A program made the translations under genes and the position numbers. Shown here piece after piece: positions 49,465 to 59,843 of a stretch of 64,000 nt of DNA. The notes under the pieces are model-generated. The model did no database searches. It had not been told where the DNA came from and was given only the letters and a program-made list of their open reading frames with translations. The stretch comes from Acidimicrobiia bacterium (GTDB taxonomy: Bacteria > Actinomycetota > Acidimicrobiia > Spongiisociales > ZC4RG35), in assembly GCA_965203555.1 (NCBI GenBank), contig CBDBCY010000004.1, forward strand, positions 928,001-992,000, written 5' to 3'. Every line of letters begins with the position of its first letter. Within the stretch, counting starts at the first letter, position 1.

Positions 49465-51255
49465 TCAGCCGCCGTCTGCGCCTTCATCCCCGGCGCCGTC
49501 CCCCAGGACCCGGCGGCGGTCGAGGGTCGATTCCCGGTCGAGTGCTCCGTCATCGTCGAGCACCACCCCGTAGTCTTCGAAGGCGCTTCGGGCGGAGACG
49601 TAGCCGTACTCGACGTCGCGGACCACCGCCTCGGGGTCGCGCTCCAACGGATCACCGTATCCACCTCCCCCGGCCGTCTCCTGGCCGACCACCTGGTTGC
49701 GCTCCAAGGGGACCATCGACTTCTTGGCGCCGAACTCCGGGGCCGCCAATCGCTCCTGCGGCGTTCCGGGATCGAGCCGGTACCGGGCGGGCGCCCCGTG
49801 GTGGCCCCCGAACAGACCGTAGGGCGGGACCCGGACCCGGTTTCCTAGCACCGACAACTCCCCGGAAGGCGCAAGCAGCCGGTAATCACGCCTCACCGAC
49901 AAACCGCCCCGCCACTTGCCCGGCCCTCCCGAGTCCTGTCGAAGTTCGTAGCGGTCGATGCGGAGCGGGTACTTCATCTCGATCGCCTCCACGGGCAGGT
50001 TCCAGGTATTGCCCACTATCGAGTAGATGGCGCTCTGGCCGTCGCGGCCCTCGGCGCCGCCCCACCCGCCTTCGGGATACTCGTACAGGACGAAACGCTC
50101 CCCGTCGTCTCCAAAGCCGCTCAGGAACAGATTGTTGGAAGAACCCTGGTCGGCAGCCATCAAACGGACCGGGTTGGGGATGTCCCGGGGAATCTCGCCC
50201 AGAGCTCGATACACCGCGTTGTGGACCACCGACACGATCTCGTTGCCGCCCGTGCAGGCCGCCGGAAACCAGGGGTTGACGATGGTGCCCTCGGGAGCAA
50301 TAATCTCGACCGGGCGGTAACACCCCCCATTCGGAGGGATGGTGGGGTCGGTGCCGGCCTGAATGGTCATGTAGACCCCCGAGGCGGTGTAGCCCAGGAC
50401 ACTGTTCAACGGTCCCTCCACCTGCGGGTCGGTTCCGGTGAAGTCCACCACCACGCCGTCACCCCGCACCTTCACAGTTACCCGGACCGTGCGGGGAACA
50501 TCGGTTATACCGTCGTTATCCATGGAATCCTCGGCGTAGTAGTCACCGTCGGGCCATCCGGCGATGACCGAGCGAATTCGACGTTCCGAGTTGTCCATCT
50601 CTATCGCCATGCACTGTTCAACGGTTTCCAGTCCGTACCGTTCCACCAGTTCGATCAGGCGGCGGCGGGCGGTGAGATTGGCGGAAACCTGGCTCAAGAG
50701 GTCGGACCGCATGTTCTTGGGCAGCCGCACATTGGCCAGGATCATGTTCATGATCTCGTCGTCGATCTCCCCCTCTTTGATCAGCTTCACCGGCGGGATA
50801 CGCAAGCCCTCCTGGTAGTTCTCGCGCGCTTGGGCATAGAAGCTGCCGGGCACCGTGCCACCCACGTCCAGGTGATGGGCTCGGTTGGCGCCCCAGCCGA
50901 TCAACTGTCCCTGATAGAAAATGGGTGTCACCATCGTCACGTCCGGGAGGTGTGAACCACCGCGGAAGGGGTCGTTGAGAATGATCGAATCTCCGGGGCG
51001 GAACCGGTCGACACCTACTTCTTCGATGGAATAGTTCACCGAGTAGGGCAGGGACCCCAAATGGATGGGGAGGAACTCCCCGTGGCTCACCAGCTCGGTC
51101 TGGGCGTTGAAAATGCCGCAGGAATAGTCGTTTCCCTCATTGAAGATGGTGGAACTGGAGGTCTGGCGCATGGTGATGCCCATTTCCCGGGCGCCCGCGG
51201 CCAAGCCGCTGGTAACCACCTCGACGGTGACCGGATCAACCTGGTGGCGGGTCAC
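49465..51255 (-). CDS. Hydantoinase B / oxoprolinase family subunit
   Basis: DPVTVEV, DYSCG, NDPFRGGSHLPD, HHLDVGG, DSGGPGKWRGG, GGGGYGDP. Confidence 0.93.
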   Translation of the reverse strand: MTRHQVDPVTVEVVTSGLAAGAREMGITMRQTSSSTIFNEGNDYSCGIFNAQTELVSHGEFLPIHLGSLPYSVNYSIEEVGVDRFRPGDSIILNDPFRGGSHLPDVTMVTPIFYQGQLIGWGANRAHHLDVGGTVPGSFYAQARENYQEGLRIPPVKLIKEGEIDDEIMNMILANVRLPKNMRSDLLSQVSANLTARRRLIELVERYGLETVEQCMAIEMDNSERRIRSVIAGWPDGDYYAEDSMDNDGITDVPRTVRVTVKVRGDGVVVDFTGTDPQVEGPLNSVLGYTASGVYMTIQAGTDPTIPPNGGCYRPVEIIAPEGTIVNPWFPAACTGGNEIVSVVHNAVYRALGEIPRDIPNPVRLMAADQGSSNNLFLSGFGDDGERFVLYEYPEGGWGGAEGRDGQSAIYSIVGNTWNLPVEAIEMKYPLRIDRYELRQDSGGPGKWRGGLSVRRDYRLLAPSGELSVLGNRVRVPPYGLFGGHHGAPARYRLDPGTPQERLAAPEFGAKKSMVPLERNQVVGQETAGGGGYGDPLERDPEAVVRDVEYGYVSARSAFEDYGVVLDDDGALDRESTLDRRRVLGDGAGDEGADGG

Positions 51256-53282
51256 GGCAGATCCACCACTATGGCACCGGTGGCGTGCACTCGGGCTTCA
51301 CCGAACGGCAGGTAGGTTGTCGAATCCAACTGCTGGATGACCGAAGGGGTGACCAGGGTCTGTCCGGGCAGGAGGTCGGCCCGGCGATAGATCGGCGCCT
51401 TCGACTCTTCTCCGCTGACCGAGACCACCCTCCGGCGAGAGCGCGGCTCGGCCTCTCCCGCGACCGCGGCATCCCCACCCAGAAGCGGCTTGGGTGTGGC
51501 GCCCAGACCGGTGAGCCGCACGTTGACCAGGTCGACCAGGTCGTCTCCCAGGGCATGGCCGTAGCGGGTCTTGTGCGCCAGGTGAAAGTCGCCGATCGCC
51601 TGCGACAACGTGGCCGCGTCCGGCCGCAGCGATGCGAGCGGGACGTTGATCTCATAGGCCTGCCCGGCGTAGCGCAAGTCGAGGCTGGCTCGCAGAGTCC
51701 GCATCCGGGGAGGGATACCGTCTTGTTCCAACTCGCGCCGGGCCTCCTCGGCCATTACCGTCAACGACTCCTGCAAGTCCGCCGGGTCCAATCGGATCAT
51801 CCGGGATCGCAGCGTGGCCACCAGGTCATGCCGGACATCGGAAGCAAGAATCCCCAGCGCCGAGTTACAGCCGGGAATGGGAGGAATCACCACGCGGCGC
51901 AGGGCAAGTTCCTCGGCGATGTGCACTCCATGGGTGGGACCCGCCCCGCCGAACGGCACCAACGCAAAGTCCCGGGGATCCCGACCCCGTTCGATGGACA
52001 CGGTTCGCAGGGCGTGCATCATGTTGGCGTTGACCAACCGCACTATCCCCACCGCCGCATCGGTTACGGAAAGCCCCAGCGGTTTGCCTACGTGCCTTTC
52101 GATGGCCCGGGCGGCCAGGTCGAGGTCGGGATAGATCTCGCCCCCCATTTGGAAATCGGGGTCGTAGACACCCAACACGAGATTGGCGTCGGTGACGGTA
52201 GGCAACTCCCCTCCCCGACCGTAACATGCCGGGCCGGGATCGGAACCTGCCGAATCCGGGCCGACCGAGATCCTTCCGAAGTCGTCCACCTTGGCGATGC
52301 TTCCCCCGCCTGCGCCCACCGTGTGGATGTCGAGAGTGGGATAGGAGACCGCATAGCCGCCGACTTCGAAGTCGAGCCTCGTGTCCGGCTGCCCGTCCGT
52401 TATGCCGGCCACGTCACAACTCGTGCCGCCCATGTCCAGGGTGAGCAGATGGGTCTCACCGAGCAATTCTCCCAGATAGGCCGACGCCATCACCCCGCCG
52501 GCCGGGCCCGAGAGGAGGGTCAGGATCGGAAAGGACGCTGCCCGTTCGGGACGAACCAGACCTCCATTGGACTGCATCATCTGCAGCCAGGCGTAAAGCT
52601 TGCTCTCCTGCAGTTCGGCCCGGAGTCGGCGAAAATACCTCCTCACCAGAGGAGTCAGGTAGGCGTTCATCACGGTGGTGCTGGTGCGCTCGTACTCGCG
52701 GTGCAGGGGAAGAGCCTCCGACGAGATCGTTATGTCCTCGGACAGCTCCGGCAGTTCCTCCGCCAGGATCCGGCGGGTCCGCAACTCGTGGTCGGGGTTC
52801 ATAAAGGAAAAGAGGTAGGAAACGGCGATCGACTCCACCCCGGCCTGCCGGATGCAGCTCGCCGCGGTTCTCACCGCCTGCTCGTCCAGGGCCCGAACCT
52901 CGCTCCCGTCCGCCGCCGTCCGCTCGGGGATTTCGAACCGCAGAGGCCGGGGGACGATCGGGCGAGGAATCTTCTCGTATATGTCGAACAGGGTGGAACG
53001 GTGGGTGCGACGGATCTCCAGGACGTCCCTGAAACCTTCGGTGGTCAACAGGGCGGTCTTGGCGCCTGACTTGGTCAGGACCGCATTGGTGGCCAACGTG
53101 GTTCCGTAGCCGACCGTCTCCAGGGCGGACCGGTCGGTGGCTTTGGAGAGGGCCTTGAGAAAGCCGGGCGTGGGATCGGGGTAGGTGGTCAGCGACTTGG
53201 CCTGGATGAGTTCACCGGTGGACTCCTCAACAGTCACCACGTCGGTGAAGGTGCCGCCGATATCCACCGCCGCCCTGGTCAT
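51252..53282 (-). CDS. Hydantoinase A / oxoprolinase family subunit (ATP-binding)
   Basis: DIGGTFTD, GTTLATNA, SGPAGG, DMGGTSCD, GAGGGS, PGPACYG, FGGAGP. Confidence 0.93.
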   Translation of the reverse strand: MTRAAVDIGGTFTDVVTVEESTGELIQAKSLTTYPDPTPGFLKALSKATDRSALETVGYGTTLATNAVLTKSGAKTALLTTEGFRDVLEIRRTHRSTLFDIYEKIPRPIVPRPLRFEIPERTAADGSEVRALDEQAVRTAASCIRQAGVESIAVSYLFSFMNPDHELRTRRILAEELPELSEDITISSEALPLHREYERTSTTVMNAYLTPLVRRYFRRLRAELQESKLYAWLQMMQSNGGLVRPERAASFPILTLLSGPAGGVMASAYLGELLGETHLLTLDMGGTSCDVAGITDGQPDTRLDFEVGGYAVSYPTLDIHTVGAGGGSIAKVDDFGRISVGPDSAGSDPGPACYGRGGELPTVTDANLVLGVYDPDFQMGGEIYPDLDLAARAIERHVGKPLGLSVTDAAVGIVRLVNANMMHALRTVSIERGRDPRDFALVPFGGAGPTHGVHIAEELALRRVVIPPIPGCNSALGILASDVRHDLVATLRSRMIRLDPADLQESLTVMAEEARRELEQDGIPPRMRTLRASLDLRYAGQAYEINVPLASLRPDAATLSQAIGDFHLAHKTRYGHALGDDLVDLVNVRLTGLGATPKPLLGGDAAVAGEAEPRSRRRVVSVSGEESKAPIYRRADLLPGQTLVTPSVIQQLDSTTYLPFGEARVHATGAIVVDLP

Positions 53283-54274
53283 GCCGAGTACTCCACAAGG
53301 CCGAGACACTCCCGCACCCGCTGGGCGATAAGCCGTTCGTCGCAGATCATGACGGTTTCCAACTCCCGGGCGAACGGAATGGGAGTCGCCCTGCTCCCTG
53401 CCCGCAGCGGAGGCGCGTCCAGTTCATCAAACCCCTCCGCCACCACCCGGCTGATCAACTCCCCGGCCCAGCCTCCCCTCTCCACCGCTTCGTGGGCCAC
53501 GACCAGTTGATGGGTCCGCGACACAGACTCCAACACCAGGTCGACATCCATGGGAACCAGGGTGCGCAGGTCGATGACCTCGACCGATATCCCCTCCTCC
53601 TCCAGCTGCCGGGCAGCCACCAGCGCCTGATGGACCGACTTGCCGATAGCCGCCACCGTTATATCCTCCCCCCAACGTCTGACCACGCCCCGCCCAAGCG
53701 GTATCGGCGCCACGGGATCGGAGACCATCCCCTTGGTTCTGTACAAGGCCCGGTGCTCGATGAAGAGGACCGGATGGTCCAGAGCCACCGCGGTCTTGAA
53801 GAGCCCCTTCACGTCGTGGGGCACGGACGGCATCACCACCGCCAGGCCCGGAACGTGCAGGAACCAGCTTTCCAGGGTCTGAGAGTGCTGGGACCCGTGA
53901 TGGGTGCCGGAGCCCCCCTGGGTCCGGATCACCATCGGCGCCCGCAACTGGTCACCCGACATGTATCGCATCTTGGCGGCGTGATTGACGATGGCATCCA
54001 TCCCGCAGGCGATGAAGTCCATGAACATCACCTCCACGATGGGGCGCATCCCCATCACCGCCGCACCCACCCCCGCCCCCAGCATGGACTGCTCGGCGAT
54101 GGGCATGTCGCGAACCCGGTGGGCGCCGAATCTCTCCGCAAGGCCCTGCGTGGCGCGGAACACACCGCCGTATTCTCCGATCTCCTGGCCCATGATGAAA
54201 ACCCGGTCGTCGGCGGCCATGGCCTCCGCCTGCGCCTGGAGTACCGCCTCGATGAAGGTGATCTCCGCGGTCAC
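53279..54274 (-). CDS. 2-oxoacid/acetoin dehydrogenase E1 beta
   Basis: YGGVFRAT, DMPIAE, EVMFMDF, QHSQ, VIDLRTL. Confidence 0.93.
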   Translation of the reverse strand: MTAEITFIEAVLQAQAEAMAADDRVFIMGQEIGEYGGVFRATQGLAERFGAHRVRDMPIAEQSMLGAGVGAAVMGMRPIVEVMFMDFIACGMDAIVNHAAKMRYMSGDQLRAPMVIRTQGGSGTHHGSQHSQTLESWFLHVPGLAVVMPSVPHDVKGLFKTAVALDHPVLFIEHRALYRTKGMVSDPVAPIPLGRGVVRRWGEDITVAAIGKSVHQALVAARQLEEEGISVEVIDLRTLVPMDVDLVLESVSRTHQLVVAHEAVERGGWAGELISRVVAEGFDELDAPPLRAGSRATPIPFARELETVMICDERLIAQRVRECLGLVEYSA

Positions 54275-55383
54275 AGACTCCCCTCCAGGGCGGACCGTGG
54301 CTCGGGAGGGGGAGATTGGTCGGCGAACACGACTGCTTCCGCGATCTCCACCTCCACCGCCGCCTCGATCTCTGCCAGGGACTCGGGGGAAAGGCGCTCC
54401 GACGCGGCCGACCGGAATCTGTCGAGGGGATCGTCCCGCCGGGCTTTCTCCACTTCCTCACGCGGCCGGTAGAGATGCTCGGCATCTCCGAGATTGTGTC
54501 CTCTCCACCGGTAACACTTCGCCTCCAGCAAAGTCGGTCCACCGCCCGCCCTGGCCCTGTCAACCGCTTCCCTGGTGGCGGCGTACACCGCGAAGACATC
54601 TATCCCGTCCACCACCACGCCCGCAATCCCGTAGCCGTCCGCCCGGGAAGCGATGTCGGCGTTCAATTGCATCTGCTCGGCCCGGAAGGAATGGGCAAAT
54701 CCATTGTTCTCCACCACAAAAACCACCGGGAGCCTCCAGATGGCCGCCAGGTTGAGGGTTTCGTGGAAGACCCCCTGCCCCACTGCCCCGTCACCCATGA
54801 ACGACACCGCCACCCGCGATTCCCTGCCCAGATCGAAGGCCAGCGCTGCCCCGGTGGCCAGCAACTCGCTCCCGCCGATAATCGGACTCTGCCCCACAAA
54901 GCCGTGCGCCATGCTGACAATGTGCATCGAGCCGCCTTTTCCTCCGCAATACCCGGTGGATCGACCCCAAAGTTCAGCGCAGATCGGACCCAGCGCCGCG
55001 CCTTTGGCGATGGCGTGACCATGGCCGCGGTGAGTCGAAGTCACCACGTCATCGGCCTGCAGCGCCGAGCAAACCCCCACCGAGACAGCTTCCTGCCCCA
55101 TCGAAGAGTGGAACGGTCCGTAAAGGGCGCCGGCCAGATGGTTGCGCTCCATCACCACTTCAAAGCGGCGAATGGTGTACATGAGCCTGAACATCTCCAT
55201 CAGCCGAGCGTCACTCATCTCATCAATCCCTTCCGGCGAACAACCGTCGCCCGAAGGGAGTGTGTCGGGATCGGGGACTGCCGAGATGGCGTTCGTGCCG
55301 TTACTCACATTTCCACCGTTCGCCTTGCCGGGCCAATCCCCAACATTCTCCGCAAATGTCCGCATAGCAGACACTCTGTCCAC
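54271..55383 (-). CDS. 2-oxoacid/acetoin dehydrogenase E1 alpha (start uncertain, may be downstream)
   Basis: GQEA, THRGHGH, GKGGSMH, ThDP motif GDGA...ENN, YRWRGH. Confidence 0.92.
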   Translation of the reverse strand: MDRVSAMRTFAENVGDWPGKANGGNVSNGTNAISAVPDPDTLPSGDGCSPEGIDEMSDARLMEMFRLMYTIRRFEVVMERNHLAGALYGPFHSSMGQEAVSVGVCSALQADDVVTSTHRGHGHAIAKGAALGPICAELWGRSTGYCGGKGGSMHIVSMAHGFVGQSPIIGGSELLATGAALAFDLGRESRVAVSFMGDGAVGQGVFHETLNLAAIWRLPVVFVVENNGFAHSFRAEQMQLNADIASRADGYGIAGVVVDGIDVFAVYAATREAVDRARAGGGPTLLEAKCYRWRGHNLGDAEHLYRPREEVEKARRDDPLDRFRSAASERLSPESLAEIEAAVEVEIAEAVVFADQSPPPEPRSALEGSL

Positions 55384-55386
55384 ATT

Positions 55387-56601
55387 CTAAGACTCGCCTC
55401 GCCGACTCGCCCCGGTCCGCACCACCCCTCGGTCCTCCAAGTCTGCGATGGTCTCGGACGCGTAGGCAAGCTTGGCCGTCAACACCTCGGCGGTGTGCTC
55501 GCCCAGCATGGGAGCAGGCTCGGTGGGATGCCGCCAGTCGCTCCATTTCATGGGACTGGGCGGGTACGAGATTTCACCCAACCTGGGATGGCGGGACTGC
55601 TGGACCATCTCTCTCGCCCGGACCTGTGGGTCTGCAAACGCCTCCGCTATGTCATTGACCGGAGCGACGGGAAGATCGTACTTCTCCATCATCGCCATCC
55701 ATTCAGCCCTGGTGCGTTGGGCGAACGCCTCGGCCAGGATCTTTTCGACGAAAGCACGATTCTCCAGGCGGGCGGCGTTGTCCCTGGTGCGGGGATCATC
55801 CTTGAGTTCGGGACGACCGATGGCGTCGCACAGGTTTCTCCAGAATTTCTCCCCGCGAGCGGCAACCACCACGAAGCCGTCCTTTGCCTCCAGAGCCTGC
55901 CAGGGCACGATGTGGGCATGGGCCGTGCCTCGCCTTGCGATCCTGGCCCCGGTGTTCAAGTGGTCGAAGGCGTCGTAGGAAAGCATCGAGACCAATGCGT
56001 CCAACATTGAGATGTCGGCATGCTGACCTTCTCCGTGGAGTTCCCTTCCCACCAGGGCGCCCAGCACCGCCAGGCAGGCGAAGATCCCACCGCATATGTC
56101 GGCGATGGGAATCCCGACCCGCGCCGGGGGACCGTCGGCCGGGCCGGTCATATCCATCAGTCCGCTGTAGGCCTGCACCACCAGATCGAACGCCGGCCGA
56201 TCACGGGCCGGGCCGGTGGCGCCGAAGCCGGTGACGGAAACGGTGATGATCCGGTGGTTGTGTCTGCGTAGGCTGCGGCGGTCAATTCCCAGACGGTCCA
56301 TCACACCGGGCCGGAAGTTGTCGATCACCACGTCCGAGCAGGCGACCAGGGCGTAGAAGACCTCTCTACCCGACTCGCTCTTCAGGTCTAGGACCATACT
56401 CTTTTTGCCGCGATTCATCTGCAAGTGAATGGCGCTCTCCCCTCTCACGGGAGTTATCTTCGGGTTCCGGGCCGCATCGCCCCAGGGAGGTTCGATCTTG
56501 ATCACCTCGGCGCCCAGGTCGGCCAGGATCATGCCCCCATACGTGCCGGCGATCACCTGCCCCAATTCCAGGACCGTCACTCCCGATAGCATGCCCCTCA
56601 T
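55387..56601 (-). CDS. Family III CoA transferase (CaiB/BaiF)
   Basis: LADLGAEVIKIE, NRGKKS, NFRPG, GFGATGP, PIAD (catalytic Asp), APMLGEHT. Confidence 0.93.
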   Translation of the reverse strand: MRGMLSGVTVLELGQVIAGTYGGMILADLGAEVIKIEPPWGDAARNPKITPVRGESAIHLQMNRGKKSMVLDLKSESGREVFYALVACSDVVIDNFRPGVMDRLGIDRRSLRRHNHRIITVSVTGFGATGPARDRPAFDLVVQAYSGLMDMTGPADGPPARVGIPIADICGGIFACLAVLGALVGRELHGEGQHADISMLDALVSMLSYDAFDHLNTGARIARRGTAHAHIVPWQALEAKDGFVVVAARGEKFWRNLCDAIGRPELKDDPRTRDNAARLENRAFVEKILAEAFAQRTRAEWMAMMEKYDLPVAPVNDIAEAFADPQVRAREMVQQSRHPRLGEISYPPSPMKWSDWRHPTEPAPMLGEHTAEVLTAKLAYASETIADLEDRGVVRTGASRRGES

Positions 56602-56643
56602 GGCGCCGGCGGACCTTCAAAGTATCCCGCTGGGGTCAAGAGA

Positions 56644-57999
56644 TCAACTCTCCTTGATGGTCTCGAGCACGGCTTGGCAGACGTCCAGTACCTCGTCGAT
56701 CTCCGAGTCGCTCTGGGACGCGTTGGTAAAGCCCAGGTGATAGGGGGTGATATACACCCCATGGGCTACCAGGCCTAGATAGAAGGTCCCCGCCATCTCC
56801 CGGTCGCTTGCTAACACGTCGCGGATGCTGCGCACCGGTTCATCGGCAAAGTACACGCCGAAAATGGGTCCCTGCCCGGTGGCCTGGACGGGCAGACCCA
56901 GGTTGGCGCCCATCTTCTCTATCCCCTCGCGCACCCGGTCGCCAGTGTCGTTCAGCTTCTCGTACATGCCGGGCTTCTCCAGTTCCGACAGCATCGCCAT
57001 GCCGGCTGCCAACGACACCAGGTTGGTCTGGAAGGTCCCCGATTGGAAAATGGTAACCCGCTCATCGTCGGCGTCGCGGCGGGGAGTGACGACCTGTTCC
57101 ATGACGTCGCGCCGGCCTCCGAAGGCGCCCATGGGAAATCCGCCCCCGATAGTCTTGGCAAGCGCCACCAGGTCAGGGGTGACGCCCGTCACCGCGGTGC
57201 TGCCGCCCAGGGCGACCCTGAAACCGGTGATCACCTCGTCGAAGATCAGAAGAATTCCGTGGCGGGCGGTGACCTCCCGCAGGGCCTCCAAAAACCCCTG
57301 TTCGGCCACGATCCCGGCCAGCCACGTCCCTCCCACCGCCTCCACCACCACCCCGGCCAACTCGGAGGCGTGCTCGGAGATAAGCGCCACCGTGGCGTCG
57401 GTGTTGTTGAACGGCAGGACCACCGTGTCGTCCAGGACGCCCTGGGGAATGCCGGCCCCCTCGGGTAGCGCCAGCGGGCGTTCCTCGGGTCCCCCGTAGG
57501 AGGTCCCACTGATCAGCAGATTGTCGTAGCCTCCGTGGAAATTGCCTTCGAACTTTCCGATCTTCCGTCTGCCTGTGAAGGCGCGGGCCACCCGCATCGA
57601 CATGTGGACCGCCTCGGAACCGGTGTGGACGAAGCGAATCATCTCCATGTGAGGCATGTGCTTTCGAATAAGATCAGCCATGGCCAGGTTGTTGGGAGAC
57701 GGCGCGATCGTGCTGGTGCCCCTGGAGAGTTGCTTGGCGACGGCATTCATCACCGGGGGCGGCGAATGGCCCAGAATGTGGGGCCCGCCGCCGATAAGGG
57801 AATCGATGTACCGGTTGCCGTCGACATCCCACAGAAACGGCCCGCCGGCCCGTTCCACGTACAACGGGTAAGGGGGGCGGAAGCCGGCGTTGCCCGGAAC
57901 CCCGCCCGGCAAATGGTTTCTGGCCTCCTCGTAGAGTCGCAGGGACTCTGGCGTGCGTTGGGTGTAAAGGTCCACGAATCTCTTTCGGGCGTCTGTCAT
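56644..57999 (-). CDS. Class III aminotransferase, GSA-aminomutase-like (second copy, not HemL)
   Basis: DVDGNRYID, TGSEA, FEGNFHG, FDEVITGFR, LAKTIGGG, QSGTF. Confidence 0.88.
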   Translation of the reverse strand: MTDARKRFVDLYTQRTPESLRLYEEARNHLPGGVPGNAGFRPPYPLYVERAGGPFLWDVDGNRYIDSLIGGGPHILGHSPPPVMNAVAKQLSRGTSTIAPSPNNLAMADLIRKHMPHMEMIRFVHTGSEAVHMSMRVARAFTGRRKIGKFEGNFHGGYDNLLISGTSYGGPEERPLALPEGAGIPQGVLDDTVVLPFNNTDATVALISEHASELAGVVVEAVGGTWLAGIVAEQGFLEALREVTARHGILLIFDEVITGFRVALGGSTAVTGVTPDLVALAKTIGGGFPMGAFGGRRDVMEQVVTPRRDADDERVTIFQSGTFQTNLVSLAAGMAMLSELEKPGMYEKLNDTGDRVREGIEKMGANLGLPVQATGQGPIFGVYFADEPVRSIRDVLASDREMAGTFYLGLVAHGVYITPYHLGFTNASQSDSEIDEVLDVCQAVLETIKES

Positions 58000-59843
58000 G
58001 ATTGCTGCTCTCCTGTGTCAGATCGGGCGGCGCGCAGTTCGGCGCGCAAACTTTCGGTTGCATCGACATCTATCCGGTAGTCGAGAAGGTCGGCGTCCCG
58101 CACTTCGATCGCCACCCCGTAGTCGTTGCGGGCGGACTCGAGCGATATGTACCGGTCCATTACATCTTCCAGCACGGCCCCGGGATCCCGCTCCAGGGGA
58201 TCGCCGTACCCCCCGCCTCCCGAAGAGACGTGATAGAAGGTGCCGTGCCGGCCGACGAACTCGTCGGCGAAGTAGATGGGAAGGTCCTCCTCCCGGTCGG
58301 TACCAAGATTCTTGGCCACCCGGATGGGGATCCCGTCCTTCCCGCCGAACAGCCCGCGTGGACCGCCGGGGCCGTCCTCTCCCCGATCGGCGATGTAGGA
58401 GAGCCGCACGCCGCCGGCGTTCTCCGCTCGCAGCACCGACTCCAGTCCCGCCCCTCCCCTCCACTTTCCCGCTCCCATCGAGTCGGTGACCGGCGCCAGA
58501 CGGTCAAAGGTGACCGGCCACATCCTCTCGATCACCTCGCTCGACTGGTTGAGGATTCCCAGCCCGAAGATGGCGGCGCCGCAGTCCCGCCCGTCCGCGC
58601 CGTACTTGCCGCCCCAGCCGCCGGTGTGCCAGTGGTAGTAGACGAAGTAATTGTTGTGCCGGCCGGGACGGTCGTCCACCCCGCCGGCCACCACGTATTC
58701 CAGGTTGAAGTTGCCGGCAAAGGACCGCTGTGGCGCGACCTGCGCCCAAACCCTTTGCACGCAGGCCGTGGTCTTCTCATACGCTCCCGACACCTCCCCG
58801 CACACTGCGTAGGGACGGACCGCGTTGACCACGCTCGTCTCGGGAAAGACCGCCTTGATGATGCGCAGCCACCCCGCATTCATGAGAGGCTTGGGAAAGA
58901 TGTACTTGGTGCCGGCCACCAGGGCGCCGGTGGTCGACCCGCGGGTGCCGTTCATGCCCGATTGCACCGGCGGTCCCGACCCCGTCATGTCATAGATGAC
59001 CCTCGGAGGATCGTGCTGGATGGTCATCTTGAGAGAGACCTTCACCGGGCCATCCTCGGGCGCCTGGGGATCGTAGTCGATGTAGTCATCGGTCTCCCAT
59101 GTCCCCTCGGGGCACCGGAGGATCTCGGCGGCCAACTCCCGCTCGGAGTGGTCCAGGGTGCCCTTCATGGACCCCACGACGGTCTCCAGCCCGTACTTTG
59201 CTATCAGGGTGTGGAGCCGGGCCTCCCCCACCCGGGCGGCCTCGATGTGAGCGATCAGATCACCCGTGGAGTTGACGGGGATGCGGATGTTGGCCATGAT
59301 CAGGTTCTTCACGTCATGGCGCATCACCCCCCGTGAGACCACCTTGAGCGGAGGAATCACCAGACCCTCGGCATAGATGTCCGCCGCCAGGGCGTTCATG
59401 GAGCCCGGAGTGGCGCCGCCCACATCCGACCAGTGGCCCTTGGTTGCCGTGAATGCGATCAGCTCGTCCTGCCAGAAGATCGGGCTGATGAAGGTCATGT
59501 CGGGCAGGTGGGTTCCTCCCCGGTAGGGCTCGTTGAAGGCAAAGACGTCCCCTTCCTCCAAGCCTTCCTCCACGTCGACGAAGTCCTCGATCACCGACTG
59601 TGTGCTGGGTTGCAGGGCCCCGACATGGACCGCCACATCCCGGGTTCCCTGGGCGACCAGTTCCCCCCGGGCGTTCATCAGGCCGCCGCTGACATCCCCG
59701 CAGTAGATCACAAACGACAGACAGGAATCCCGAAGTGCCTCCACCATCTCGTCAACCAGGCTCACGAATGCGCTGGAGAGAATCGAGAAAGTCACCGGAT
59801 CGACCTGGTGAACCGGATCCGGCCGGGGCTGGTCGCCGCTCAT
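57996..59843 (-). CDS. Hydantoinase B / oxoprolinase family subunit (second copy)
   Basis: DPVTFSI, NEPYRGGTHLPD, GHWSDVGG, GAGKWRGG, GGGGYGDP; ATG 59843 overlaps the upstream stop. Confidence 0.92.
   Translation of the reverse strand: MSGDQPRPDPVHQVDPVTFSILSSAFVSLVDEMVEALRDSCLSFVIYCGDVSGGLMNARGELVAQGTRDVAVHVGALQPSTQSVIEDFVDVEEGLEEGDVFAFNEPYRGGTHLPDMTFISPIFWQDELIAFTATKGHWSDVGGATPGSMNALAADIYAEGLVIPPLKVVSRGVMRHDVKNLIMANIRIPVNSTGDLIAHIEAARVGEARLHTLIAKYGLETVVGSMKGTLDHSERELAAEILRCPEGTWETDDYIDYDPQAPEDGPVKVSLKMTIQHDPPRVIYDMTGSGPPVQSGMNGTRGSTTGALVAGTKYIFPKPLMNAGWLRIIKAVFPETSVVNAVRPYAVCGEVSGAYEKTTACVQRVWAQVAPQRSFAGNFNLEYVVAGGVDDRPGRHNNYFVYYHWHTGGWGGKYGADGRDCGAAIFGLGILNQSSEVIERMWPVTFDRLAPVTDSMGAGKWRGGAGLESVLRAENAGGVRLSYIADRGEDGPGGPRGLFGGKDGIPIRVAKNLGTDREEDLPIYFADEFVGRHGTFYHVSSGGGGYGDPLERDPGAVLEDVMDRYISLESARNDYGVAIEVRDADLLDYRIDVDATESLRAELRAARSDTGEQQS

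Noticed and set aside
51285-56010. Very long + strand ORFs (594 aa, 326 aa, 564 aa) and similar shadows elsewhere (e.g. 58002..59336, 24502..25437, 21315..22514)
   Set aside because: They are antisense or alternate-frame shadows of well-supported genes in GC-rich DNA and carry no recognisable motifs.
47776-57999. Calling the two class III aminotransferases hemL
   Set aside because: Both lack the HemL GGVNSPVR and SWGP motifs, have no tetrapyrrole genes nearby and sit in a catabolic context.
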